NCBI GenBank assembly: GCA_964016885.1
Contig: OZ024741.1
Location: 24,552,001 to 24,616,000, forward strand
DNA length: 64,000 nt
Direction: 5' to 3'
Origin: Eledone cirrhosa
Taxonomy: Eukaryota
In this document: positions 1 through 10,759 of the stretch, piece after piece
Numbering within the stretch: position 1 is the stretch's first letter
How the letters are laid out: each line of letters starts with the position of its first letter
Program-made: the position numbers and the translations under genes
The notes under the pieces: model-generated
What the model saw: the letters and a program-made list of their open reading frames with translations, nothing else
Told to the model about the DNA's origin: nothing
Database searches by the model: none

Positions 1-120
1 TCTTTGCTTCGGCCCTTGATAAACCTGTTTCTACATCATCCACTCTCATCCCAGGAACAGTTTTGATAGCGCTAGTCTGTAATTTAAATTCAGGAATTTT
101 ATATTCTTTGAATGAAAAGA

Positions 121-204
121 ACCTTCTGACGAGAATCTTTCTTTGCAACGAAGGCCGTATGGTCTCCGTTTTATTTTTGGGATTCGAAACCGATCGGTAA
201 AGGT
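121..204 (+). ncRNA. Type I hammerhead ribozyme (canonical core), probably the pLTR of a Penelope-like element
   Basis: ACCTT(121-125) / CTGACGA(126-132) / stem II GAATC...GATTC(133-137,181-185) / GAAA(186-189) / palindromic CCGATCGG / TA(198-199) / AAGGT(200-204), which pairs with ACCTT. Confidence 0.85.
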
Positions 205-271
205 AACTATAGTAGGTAAAGTCAATTTTTTAAAATTTATTTTGAAACTTTTTCATTATTTGCTAAACCTT

Positions 272-274
<3 letters not shown>

Positions 275-318
<44 letters not shown>

Positions 319-526
319 TATACATACATATATATACATGTATATATATATATTTATATATATATACATACATGTATATATATGTATGTATATATATGTA
401 TATATATATATATTTATATATATATATATACATGTATATATATGTATGTATATATATGTATATATATATATATTTATATATATATATACATACATGTATA
501 TATATGTATGTATATATATATATATA
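275..526. repeat. (TA)n/(TATG)n microsatellite
   Basis: Direct reading; explains the YI-rich spurious ORFs. Confidence 0.95.
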
Positions 527-791
527 GTGGACGTGTAGGTGCCACGGCAAAAAAGCACCCAGCACTCACTGTAAATGAGGTTGGTTTTAGGAAGGGCATC
601 CAGCTGTAGAAATCAAGCCAGAATCAGTTCCTGTCCCACCCTTGCAAGCAGGGAAAAGCTTTTCCCTGCTTGCAAGGGTGGGACAGGAACTGATTCTGGC
701 TTGATTTCTACAGCTGGATGCCCTTCCTAACACGAGCCTCATTTACAGTGAGTGCTGGGTGCTTTTTTGCCGTGGCACCTACACGTCCACT
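526..791. repeat. Spacerless palindrome built from an RTE-LINE 3'UTR segment
   Basis: Arms are reverse complements about AAAAG|CTTTT (centre 658/659). The arm sequence (gccacggcaaaaaagcacccag...gaagggcatccagctgtagaaa) matches the 3'UTR of the RTE copy at 45680-45810. Confidence 0.9.
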
Positions 792-825
792 TTACAGTGG
801 AATGTTAGGGACCTCAGTCTCTATC

Positions 826-970
826 ATCTCATTTCTACAGCTGAGTAAACTGGAGCAATGTGAAATAAAGTTTCTTGCTCAAGGAAACAACACATCACCC
901 AGTCTGAGAATTGAACTCACAACCTTTTGATTGCAAGGCTAATGCTCTAACCACTAAGCCATGTGCCTCC
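826..970 (-). mobile_element. tRNA-derived SINE fragment (similar copies near 34760, 43530, 53240)
   Basis: The minus strand reads ggaggcacaTGGCTTAGTGGttag (A box)...GAGTTCAATTC (B box), then ccttgagcaagaaactttatttcacattgctccag. Confidence 0.7.
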
Positions 971-1122
971 ATATTTATATATATGTATATATATATTAGG
1001 GTAAACATTGATGCAATTCAATTCAAGCACTCAACGTACTTTTTCCACATAGGAGTGACGGAGTAAATATCGAATAAGGAAAAGCGAAGTAGTTTCAGAT
1101 GTTCAAGTCCTTTAATAATAAT

Positions 1123-1196
1123 GCTGTGATATATATTTCAGTGACGACACTGGCCACACTGTTCTGTGTGCGAGTGTCGTGTCATCATCAGACAGC
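1123..1196 (-). ncRNA. Type I hammerhead-like motif (left arm)
   Basis: Minus strand: GCTGT CTGATGA tgacacgacact...agtgtcgtca ct GAAA TATATA TC ACAGC. Two extra nt before GAAA are non-canonical. Confidence 0.65.
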
Positions 1197-1808
1197 TTGT
1201 TACATAATAAGGTTATGTTTCCGAGGCAATCCAAATTGGATCGACATGGAAACGGATGAATTGCGTGTTTTTGGGTTTTTCATCCGCTCCCTTGTGAGTA
1301 CCAATTCACCCCCACCGGCCTGCGCAAGCGCATGTCCGAAGGAAGTTGACCATTAGCTACCGCAGATTTCAACGGAATTTGCTTAGTCAGTTCACCCTGT
1401 CAGCCAAAACAATGGCCCACCAATGCCTGTACCATATTTTACTGCTACTCATCACGGCTGTGGCAGTCAGCCGAGAGCCAGAGGGGATGGGAGAGTGTTA
1501 GTTTTTACAGCTCATAATACTACCCCTCACTCGGCTGACTGCCACAGCCGTGATGGGTAGCAGTAAAATATGGTACAGGCATTGGTTGGCCATTGTTTTG
1601 GATGACAGGGTGAACTGACTAAGCAAATTTCGTTGAAATCTGCGGTGGCTAATGGTCAACTTCCTTCGGACATGCGCTTGCGCAGGCCGGTGGGGGTGAA
1701 TTGGTACTCACAAGGGAGCGGATGAAAAACCCCAAAACACGCAATTCATCCGTTCCCATGTCGATCCAATTTGGATTGCCTCGGAAACATAACCTTATTA
1801 TGTAACAA

Positions 1809-1882
1809 GCAGTCTGATGATGACACGACACTCGCACACAGAACAGTGTGGCCAGTGTCGTCACTGAAATATATATCACAGC
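1809..1882 (+). ncRNA. Type I hammerhead-like motif (right arm)
   Basis: GCAGT CTGATGA ... GAAA TATATA TC ACAGC; one stem I mismatch relative to the left-arm copy. Confidence 0.6.
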
Positions 1883-1974
1883 ATTATTATTAAAGGACTT
1901 GAACATCTGAAACTACTTCGCTTTTCCTTATTCTATATGTATATATATATATATATGTATGTATATACATATAT

Positions 1975-2865
1975 CATCATCATCATCATCATCGTTTAAC
2001 GTCCATTTTCCACGCTAGCATGGGTCTGGACGGGAATTGTCCCACTTGAGGCAAGATTGGTTGTCTTGCTCAGGACTGTCTGGCGGGTTTTCTACGGCTG
2101 GATGCCCTTCCTAACACCAACCACGTTTAGAGTGTGGACTGGGAGGTTTTTACCGTGTTACCTACACGGCCACATTACAGCGTGGACTGTGTGTTTTATT
2201 GTTGTGACACCTACACGTCTGGCGGGTTTTCTACGGCTGGGTGCCCTTCCCAACAACAACCATGTTTACAGTGTGTACTGGGAGGTTTTAACCGTGTTAC
2301 CTACATGGCCACATTACAGCGTGGACTGTGTGTTTTTTTGTTGTGACACCTACACGACCTCATTTGTTTCGGACTGGATGTTGTGGTACCAACATAACTT
2401 CATATTTAAGGGGGTGGTGTGGATGGGGTGGGGGTAGTGAGATGGGGGGTGTATTTTGTTAGAGGTGCCTACTGACTGTAGGTTTCGCTTTGTACTTAGG
2501 CAAGGCGGGTCTTCTGTATAACTGTGTAGCGCCAAAGATCTCGGTCCAGTGACATTGTCTTGGAGAGATGTAAGTGTGTGAGGTCGGAATTTATCAAGTC
2601 GTCCCAGGTTTTTCTGGGTCTGCCTACTCCGTGGCTACCGTCTATTTTTATCGCCCTGCATTTTTTTATACAGCTGTCGTCTTTCATGCGCATCACGTGA
2701 CCGTACCAACGTAGTCTTCTCTCGAGTAAACAACATCTGATCCCTCTTGTTCCTAATTTCTCCCCTAGTTCGTTTATGCTTGGCCGTTCACGTATATTAC
2801 TATTACACATCCAGCGGAGCATGCAAGCTTCGTTTCTCTCCAGTCTGCGTATATCCTCTGCACAC
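1975..2865 (-). mobile_element. 5'-truncated RTE-clade LINE (ORF C-terminus, 3'UTR, (GAT)n tail)
   Basis: ORF 2496-2909: ERNEACMLRWMC...RRLRWYGHVMRM...GRPRKTW, typical of the RTE C-terminus; (CAT)n tail at 1975-1993. Confidence 0.85.
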
Positions 2866-2896
2866 ATATATATATAAGTATGTATATATATATATG

Positions 2897-2933
<37 letters not shown>

Positions 2934-3161
2934 ATATGTATGTATATATATATATATGTATGTATATATATATATATAATAATAATACTATTTGTAGTTA
3001 TGTATGTAGTATAAACAACCACAAACAGGAAGGTCAGTAATTTCTTAATAAGCTTATTACCAGTAAGGGAAATAGCTCAATGTATGAACATCAGTTGTTT
3101 TACAGAGCAGTTAAATCAATAAATTATACAATTATCAAAGTTGTGTTCAAATCATTTAATA

Positions 3162-3206
3162 GCTGGTAATCGTTTCTTCCAAACTCTCGTTTTGAGTCAT
3201 CGGAGC
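3162..3206 (-). ncRNA. Degenerate hammerhead (family A, left arm)
   Basis: Minus strand: GCT CCGATGA ctcaaaac gaga gtttggaa GAAA cgatta CC AGC. Core and cleavage-site changes are present. Confidence 0.55.
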
Positions 3207-4023
3207 ATTAATCAATGTTTGCACATATAATTAACCTCCTATTCAACTGAACAATAATATAGATACATATAAATTGATGTTGTGAGCAACAGTTTCGTAT
3301 TTACAGGGTGGAATGGATGTGACATATATTTTACGAGAATTGTACAATAATTTTACAAGCATTCAAGTTCAAATTAAAATCGGAATTAAATTAAAATCAA
3401 AATCAAAATCGCGGAGTGGAATACATACAACAGTTAAAACATGGGAACAGTCCAAATATTAAAGAGGCATTGAGGAAGCAGTTTTGAGAAAGGAAGAGCG
3501 CGATAACAATTCATATGCAGGCGTGTGGATAGTGTAACTGCGTAAGTCATATACATGAGAAGGAGACAAGCAAAGCTATTATGCATATATAGATGAATAA
3601 ATACTGCAGTTAAAGCAATTGTGTTAATGTATTAGAGTCTATGGTGGGTGTTGGATGTTTATGGTGTTCGAATTAATGTGTGTTGAGAAACATGAAATTA
3701 ACGCCTGCATATGAATTGTTATCGCACTCTTCCTTTCTCAAAACTGCCTCCTCAATGCCTCTTTAATATTTGGACTGTTCCCATGTTTTAACTGTTGCAT
3801 GTATTCCACTCCGTGCTTTTGATTTTGATTTTAATTTAATTTCGATTTTAATTTGAATTTGAACTTGAATGCTTGTAAAATTATTGTACAATTCTCGTAA
3901 AATATATGTCACATCCATTCCACCCTGTAAATACGAAACTGTTGCTCACAACATCAATTTATATCTATCTATATTATTGTTCAGTTGAATAGGAGGTTAA
4001 TTATATGTGCAAACATTGATAAT

Positions 4024-4068
4024 GCTCTGATGATTCCAAACGAGAGTTTGGAAGAAACGATTGTCAGC
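4024..4068 (+). ncRNA. Minimal type I hammerhead ribozyme (family A, right arm)
   Basis: GCT CTGATGA TTCCAAAC gaga GTTTGGAA GAAA CGATTG TC AGC: perfect 8-bp stem II with a GNRA loop and a GUC cleavage triplet. Confidence 0.85.
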
Positions 4069-4144
4069 TTTTAAATGATCTGAACACAACTTTGATAATT
4101 GTATAATTTGTTGATATATATATATATCTATGTATATATATATG

Positions 4145-4199
<55 letters not shown>

Positions 4200-4238
4200 G
4201 TATGTATATATATATATGTATGTATATATATATATATA

Positions 4239-4395
4239 TCATCATCATCATCATCATCAGGTTTAGCGTCCGTGTTCCACGCTTGCATGGGTTTGGACGG
4301 GGGTTTTCCCACTTGAGGCAAGAGTGGTTGTCTTGCTCGCATAGGACTGTCTGGCGGGTTTTCTACAGTTGGATGCCCTTCCTAACACCAACCAC
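4239..4395 (-). mobile_element. RTE 3' tail fragment
   Basis: Near copy of 1975-2125, including the (CAT)n tail. Confidence 0.75.
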
Positions 4396-4578
4396 ATATA
4401 TATATATATATGTATGTATATATATATATGTATGTATATATATATATGTATGTATATATATATATGTATGTATATATATATGTATGTATATATATATATG
4501 TATGTATATATATATATATATATATATGCATGTATATATATGCATGTATATATATGCATGTATATATATATATGTATG

Positions 4579-4639
<61 letters not shown>

Positions 4640-4806
4640 GTATATATATATATGTATATATATATATGTATATATATATATGTATGTATATATATATATA
4701 TGTATATATATGTATGTATATATATATGTATATATATATATATGTATGTATATATAAATATATGTATGTTTTTATATATATATATGTATGTATATATATA
4801 TGTATG

Positions 4807-4837
<31 letters not shown>

Positions 4838-4960
4838 GTATATATATATGTATGTATATATATATATATGTATGTATATATATATATATATATGTATGTA
4901 TATATATATATGTATTTATATATATATATATATGTATTTATATATATATATATATGTATT

Positions 4961-4997
<37 letters not shown>

Positions 4998-5054
4998 GTA
5001 TGTATATATATATATATATGTATGTATGTATGTATATATATATATATATGTATG

Positions 5055-5089
<35 letters not shown>

Positions 5090-5124
5090 ATATATATATG
5101 TATGTATGTATATATATATATATG

Positions 5125-5193
<69 letters not shown>

Positions 5194-5232
5194 TTATATA
5201 TATATATATGTATTTATATATATATATGTATG

Positions 5233-5275
<43 letters not shown>

Positions 5276-5284
5276 ATATATATG

Positions 5285-5329
<45 letters not shown>

Positions 5330-5402
5330 GTGTGTGTATGTATATATATATGTATGTATATATATATATATATATGTGTGTGTATGTATATATATATGTA
5401 TG

Positions 5403-5435
<33 letters not shown>

Positions 5436-5738
5436 ATATATATGTATGTATATATATATATGTATGTGTATATATATATATGTATGTATATATATATATA
5501 TATATGTATGTATATATATATGTATGTATATATATATGTATGTATATATATATATATATGTATGTATATATATATATATATATATGTATGTATATATATA
5601 TATATATGTATGTATATATATATATATATATGTATGTATATATATATATATATGTATGTATATATATATATATATGTATGTATATATATATATATATGTA
5701 TGTATATATATATGTATGTATATATATATATATATATG
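4396..5738. repeat. 1.3-kb (TA)n/(TATG)n microsatellite (further arrays at 2866-2978, 4114-4238, 8455-8978, 9760-10070, 10624-10752, 41978-42218)
   Basis: Direct reading. Confidence 0.95.
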
Positions 5739-5777
5739 TAATATATAAGATCAACAGATGGTTAAATGAGTTCCATG

Positions 5778-5848
5778 TATTTTATTATGCGCATTTAAAA
5801 AACAAATATCATCATGCAATAACATTTGTGTTTTCATCAGATAAAATA
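5778..5848 (-). ncRNA. Hammerhead motif with GAAA->TAAA change (PLE 3' pLTR)
   Basis: Reverse complement of 8258-8328. Confidence 0.6.
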
Positions 5849-6762
5849 GGAGGACATGATATGAAGGTTAAAAACACTTGTGGATAGTGCAGTTTTAAAT
5901 CAACATATGAAAAGTAGTTTTAGATTGATGTGTGATATTGGAGAAAAAAATTTTTGAGGGGGGGGGGGGATGAAAAAGAGGAGGAGATGAGAGTAAAAAG
6001 TGGAGGGGGAGGAGTATAATGAGGAAGGATGAGATAGGAGGAGAGATGGGTGATAGAGAGAGAGAGATAGCTTTTATAACAGAAAAATATATTGTTTTAC
6101 ATAGAGAGGTTGAAAAACCGTTGGAAGATAATGTATAAATTAAAAGAATTTGAAAATTAACGAAGAGAAAAATAATGTAAAGTTAAGGTTTGTATATTGA
6201 AGGGTTTAATAATATGTGCGATGAAAAGAAATTGTTAATATGTATTAAGAATAATATTTAAGGGTTTAATAATATGTGCGATGGAAAGGAAATGTTAATA
6301 TGTATTAAGAATAATATTTAAGGGTTTAATAATATGTGCGATGGAAAGAAAATGTTGATATGTATTATTAAAAAAACAAAAGTAATGTAAGTAAGGATAT
6401 ATTGTGAGATGAGCATGAATAAGTTAGATGAAAGTGAGAAAAAAATAATGAATAGAGGATGAATAATCTAACGTCAAAAAAAATGTTTATGTTTATGAAG
6501 GATTTTTTCAAGGTGATATAAAGTAAGAATATAGTGTATTGTGTAATAATTGTTTCTATGTTAGGCACAGTGAGAAAAGGTACAGATTAGGGGTTAGAAA
6601 TTAAAAGAAAAAGAAAAGAAAAGGGAAGTGATGAATAGGAGTGATATAGAATATAATAAATAACTTTGAAATAAGGTAGAAAGATGGGTATATTTTTAAA
6701 GAAGTATATATATATATATGTGCCTTTGAGAAAAGGATTCTGAATTGATAAAGTTTAGGATA

Positions 6763-7758
6763 TTAGCTGTATACTTTATGGAAAGTTCTGTGGAATTTAT
6801 GCAAGCAGATAGAAAACAAGTCAGTGCGTCTATTTATTATAGAATCTAAATTAGATATAATGGTAAATTTTTCATTTAGGCAGAGATTGCAAGTCTTGGA
6901 TAGAGAACTGTTCAAGTATGAAGAAGCAGAGGAAACCTTTTTCCAAGAGATGTTATATTTAATATTTTTGTCTTTCAAGGACTATATGAGTTCTGAGAGA
7001 GCCGTGTTGGTTCTTTTAAGTTTATATTTAAAAGACGAATGATGATTATAAAGACGAGCTTTAAAGGAGGTGGAAGTGGAGCCAAAATAGGTGAAGGAAT
7101 TGGTGTCAGTTATAACTTTACATTCGTAAATTAAGTTTTTATCAAGACAATGGTTGGGTTTGCAGAAATTAGCCTAGAGTTTACAATGACGTCGGGAGTA
7201 CTATTACTATTATTATGATATTCAGTGTTGGAAGGAAGAGATTTAGTATTTTATTGTTTTGTTTAGAGATAATGTTGGAAATGTTGGAGGATGTCGAATA
7301 GGAAAATTTTATAGTGTGTTTGTTAAATATTTTACTATAGACATGTGAAGGAGGGAAGCATTTATTTAAGGCACTAAAGAATAATTTAGGAATATTATTA
7401 TTAATAGAGATGGAGAAAGGAGCATTATACCAGATTATGTTTTTGTATCTAGGTCTTTTATTAAAGTTATTGGAATGATCATGATTAATTATTCTACTGT
7501 AAGATCTTCTAGTATTTGTTTCTTTATTATATTTGATTTTGTCAGGATAGCCGGCTTTAGAAAGCGCGTTATTATAGTAATTGGCGTTAGTATCAAAGAT
7601 GTTTTTATTAGAAGATAGGTTAGATATTCTTTTTCCAATATTACTAACTATAGCATTCTTAATATTATTAGGGTGGTTAGATTTAAAATTAACATAATTT
7701 AGGTTCTCATTGTTTTTATGGTAAGGGTAATATAGGCCAGTGTCAATTTTAATCTTGA
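6763..7758 (-). pseudogene. Penelope-like ORF remnant: RT thumb/linker plus GIY-YIG endonuclease
   Basis: Manual translation gives TGLYYPYHKNNENLNYVNFKSNHP...RISNLSSNKNIF...ALSKAGYP...IIWYNAPFS...CLDKNLIYECKV...YFGSTSTSFKARLYNHHSSF...CNLCLNEK...INRRTDLFSICLH, with in-frame TAG stops. Confidence 0.85.
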
Positions 7759-8257
7759 CACATATTATTAAACCCTTAAATATTATTCTTAATACATATT
7801 AACATTTTCTTTCCATCGCACATATTATTAAACCCTTAAATATTATTCTTAATACATATTAACAATTTCTTTTCATCGCACATATTATTAAACCCTTCAA
7901 TATACAAACCTTAACTTTACATTATTTTTCTCTTCGTTAATTTTCAAATTCTTTTAATTTATACATTATCTTCCAACGGTTTTTCAACTTCTCTATGTAA
8001 AACAATATATTTTTCTGTTATAAAAGCTATCTCTCTCTCTCTCTATCACCCACCTCTCCTCCTATCTCATCCTTCCTCATTATACTCCTCCCCCTCCACT
8101 TTTTACTCTCATCTCCTCCTCTTTTTCATCCTTTCCAACCCCCCCCCCCAAAAAAAATTTTTTTTCCCCAATATCACACATCAATCTAAAACTACTTTTC
8201 ATATGTTGATTTAAAACTGCACTATCCACAAGTGTTTTTAACCTTCATATCATGTCC

Positions 8258-8328
8258 TATTTTATCTGATGAAAACACAAATGTTATTGCATGATGATAT
8301 TTGTTTTTTAAATGCGCATAATAAAATA
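8258..8328 (+). ncRNA. Hammerhead motif with GAAA->TAAA change (inverted pLTR)
   Basis: TATTTTAT CTGATGA aaacacaaat...atttgttttt TAAA TGCGCA TA ATAAAATA: 8-bp stem I and palindromic stem III. Confidence 0.6.
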
Positions 8329-8506
8329 CATGGAACTCCTTTAACCATCTGTTGATCTTATATATTATGTATACTCCAGTCCCACAAACTGTAGAGTGCT
8401 ACTTATCCGATAACTGCATTGCTTTATTGCACTACAATAAAACTCACCTCCTACATATATATATATGTATGTATATATATATAATGTATGTATATATATA
8501 TGTATG

Positions 8507-8537
<31 letters not shown>

Positions 8538-8572
8538 ATATATATGTATGTATATATATATATATATGTATG

Positions 8573-8603
<31 letters not shown>

Positions 8604-8614
8604 ATATATATATG

Positions 8615-8661
<47 letters not shown>

Positions 8662-8866
8662 ATATATATATATGTATGTATATATATATATATGTATGTA
8701 TATATATATATATATGTATGTATATATATATATGTATGTATTTATATATATATGTATGTATTTATATATATATATGTATTTATATATATATGTATGTATT
8801 TATATATATATATATATGTATTTATATATATATGTATTTATATATATCTATATATATATATGTATT

Positions 8867-8920
<54 letters not shown>

Positions 8921-9024
8921 TGTATGTATATATATATATGTATGTATATATATATATGTATGTATTCATATATATATAGAGAGAGAGAGATTACAATAAT
9001 CAAAGTTCAGTTTAAATCATTTAT

Positions 9025-9073
9025 TTGCTTACAATTGTTTCCTCCAAACCGAGGTTTGGATTCTTCGGAGCAA
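9025..9073 (-). ncRNA. Hammerhead variant (CCGAAGA core), left arm
   Basis: Reverse complement of 9521-9569. Confidence 0.65.
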
Positions 9074-9520
9074 CTATTTAGTGATCTATAACATACTTGA
9101 CCTCCTTTTCAACACAAGAGACATATAAAACATATGCACATATTGATCCACAGTGGGATGACATCCATCAAAATGATATAGCATGGCAATTTACATGTAA
9201 AGGTTAAAGGATAAAAATAAAGATAAAAATGAAAATAAAAATGAAGTGTTGGCAGTCTATGAAGATAAAGCAAGAGGAAAGTTTAGAGTAGTCAGTGTAT
9301 GACTACTCTAAACTTTCCTCTTGCTTTATCTTCATAGACTGCCAACACTTCATTTTTATTTTCATTTTTATCTTTATTTTTATCCTTTAACCTTTACATG
9401 TAAATTGCCATGCTATATCATTTTGATGGATGTCATCCCACTGTGGATCAATATGTGCATATGTTTTATATGTCTCTTGTGTTGAAAAGGAGGTCAAGTA
9501 TGTTATAGATCACTAAATAG

Positions 9521-9569
9521 TTGCTCCGAAGAATCCAAACCTCGGTTTGGAGGAAACAATTGTAAGCAA
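9521..9569 (+). ncRNA. Hammerhead variant (CCGAAGA core), right arm
   Basis: TTGCT CCGAAGA aTCCAAAC ctcg GTTTGGAg GAAA CAATTG TA AGCAA. Confidence 0.65.
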
Positions 9570-9799
9570 ATAAATGATTTAAACTGAACTTTGATTATTG
9601 TAATCTCTATATAACTGCTCTGTAAAACAACCGATGTTATTACATTGAGCTATTTATCTTACTGGTAATAAGATAGTAATTAATGACTATCTTTCATAAA
9701 AAATATATTACCATAAAAGGTTTTATTACATACATAACCATAAATAGTATCCTTAATACTATATATATATATATGAATACATACATACATATATATATG

Positions 9800-9876
<77 letters not shown>

Positions 9877-9877
9877 T

Positions 9878-9910
<33 letters not shown>

Positions 9911-9919
9911 GTATGTATT

Positions 9920-9952
<33 letters not shown>

Positions 9953-9965
9953 GTATGTATATATA

Positions 9966-10001
<36 letters not shown>

Positions 10002-10007
10002 TATATG

Positions 10008-10070
<63 letters not shown>

Positions 10071-10072
<2 letters not shown>

Positions 10073-10623
10073 TCGGGTCGTTGGCGACTAAACTGGCAAC
10101 CCCACCAAGGTTTCTTGGTGAGGAGGGTGACTTTGGACATCCTGCAGGACTAAAAACAAAACCTGTCAAAAGGCAAAGGGGCTCTTAAGAGTCAATAGCC
10201 ATCCAAAATCACCGGGAGAGATGACTCCTTAGCCTTTGTCAAGACAGAATTCTAGGAGAAGGAAAACTCTGATATAACACCTGCAACCCTGATGGTATCC
10301 AATGATGTTGACTTGTTCTTCTTTTTGGTAAATATCATCTTGGTTAAGAGAGGGGGACTGGCTTTGTGCAGTGTCTTTGCTCACTGTAAAAGCTTCACGG
10401 CACAGGCATTGCTTTATATCTGGAGATCTCTTTGCACTTGTCATCACATGGTACCATGGGCCCAGCACTATGTGTCAATAATTGTCACAGGTGTAGTGTT
10501 TGTACCAGAGTTTTCAAGTTGCTGGCTCGACTAAAAAGTCACACTTGTTCAGCGCATCGGTAGGGGTTCTCCTACATGGATATAAAGTAGTGGCCATACT
10601 CGAAAACGAGTTGGCAGCCACCA
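10071..10623 (+). mobile_element. Probable short non-autonomous RTE derivative inside (TA)n
   Basis: The 5' part has ctaggagaaggaaaactctga (resembles an RTE 5'UTR). The 3' part encodes CSVCTRVFKLLARLKSHTC (like an RTE C-terminal zinc finger) and ends in the hairpin ACTCG-aaaa-CGAGT. Confidence 0.45.
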
Positions 10624-10680
10624 TATATAATGTATGTATGTATATATATATATGTATGTATATATATATATATATCTATG

Positions 10681-10752
<72 letters not shown>

Positions 10753-10759
10753 GAAATAT

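Larger units (their letters stand above)
1072..1933. mobile_element. Fold-back element: 404-bp inverted arms (1072-1475 / 1530-1933), 54-bp spacer, hammerhead motif in each arm
   Basis: Arms are near-identical reverse complements (mirrored ORFs 1099-1356 + and 1649-1906 -); flanked by TA repeats. Confidence 0.9.
2985..4115. mobile_element. Fold-back element (pLTR family A): arms 3115-3524 / 3701-4115 plus a unique 3' extension 2985-3114 on the - strand
   Basis: Arms are reverse-complementary with scattered substitutions. The extension is homologous to 9609-9760 and 10760-10888. TA arrays on both sides. Confidence 0.9.
5739..8367 (-). mobile_element. 5'-truncated Penelope-like retroelement with an inverted pLTR copy (arms 5739-6338 / 7759-8367)
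   Basis: About 600-bp inverted arms enclose a decayed PLE ORF. Each arm has a 60-bp internal tandem repeat and a hammerhead motif. TA arrays lie on both sides. Confidence 0.85.
8986..9760. mobile_element. Fold-back element (pLTR family A): apparently perfect 309-bp arms 8986-9294 / 9300-9608, 5-nt loop, 3' extension to 9760
   Basis: Reverse-complement symmetry about 9297; homologous to 2985-3260. Confidence 0.9.

Noticed and set aside
1099-1906. Twin 85-aa ORFs on opposite strands
   Set aside because: A by-product of the inverted repeat; antisense to the hammerhead strand and without a recognisable domain.
6975-7180. In-frame stops in the PLE ORF as possible selenocysteine codons (reported for some Naiad elements)
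   Set aside because: The stops I could read are TAG, not TGA, so they are simple decay.
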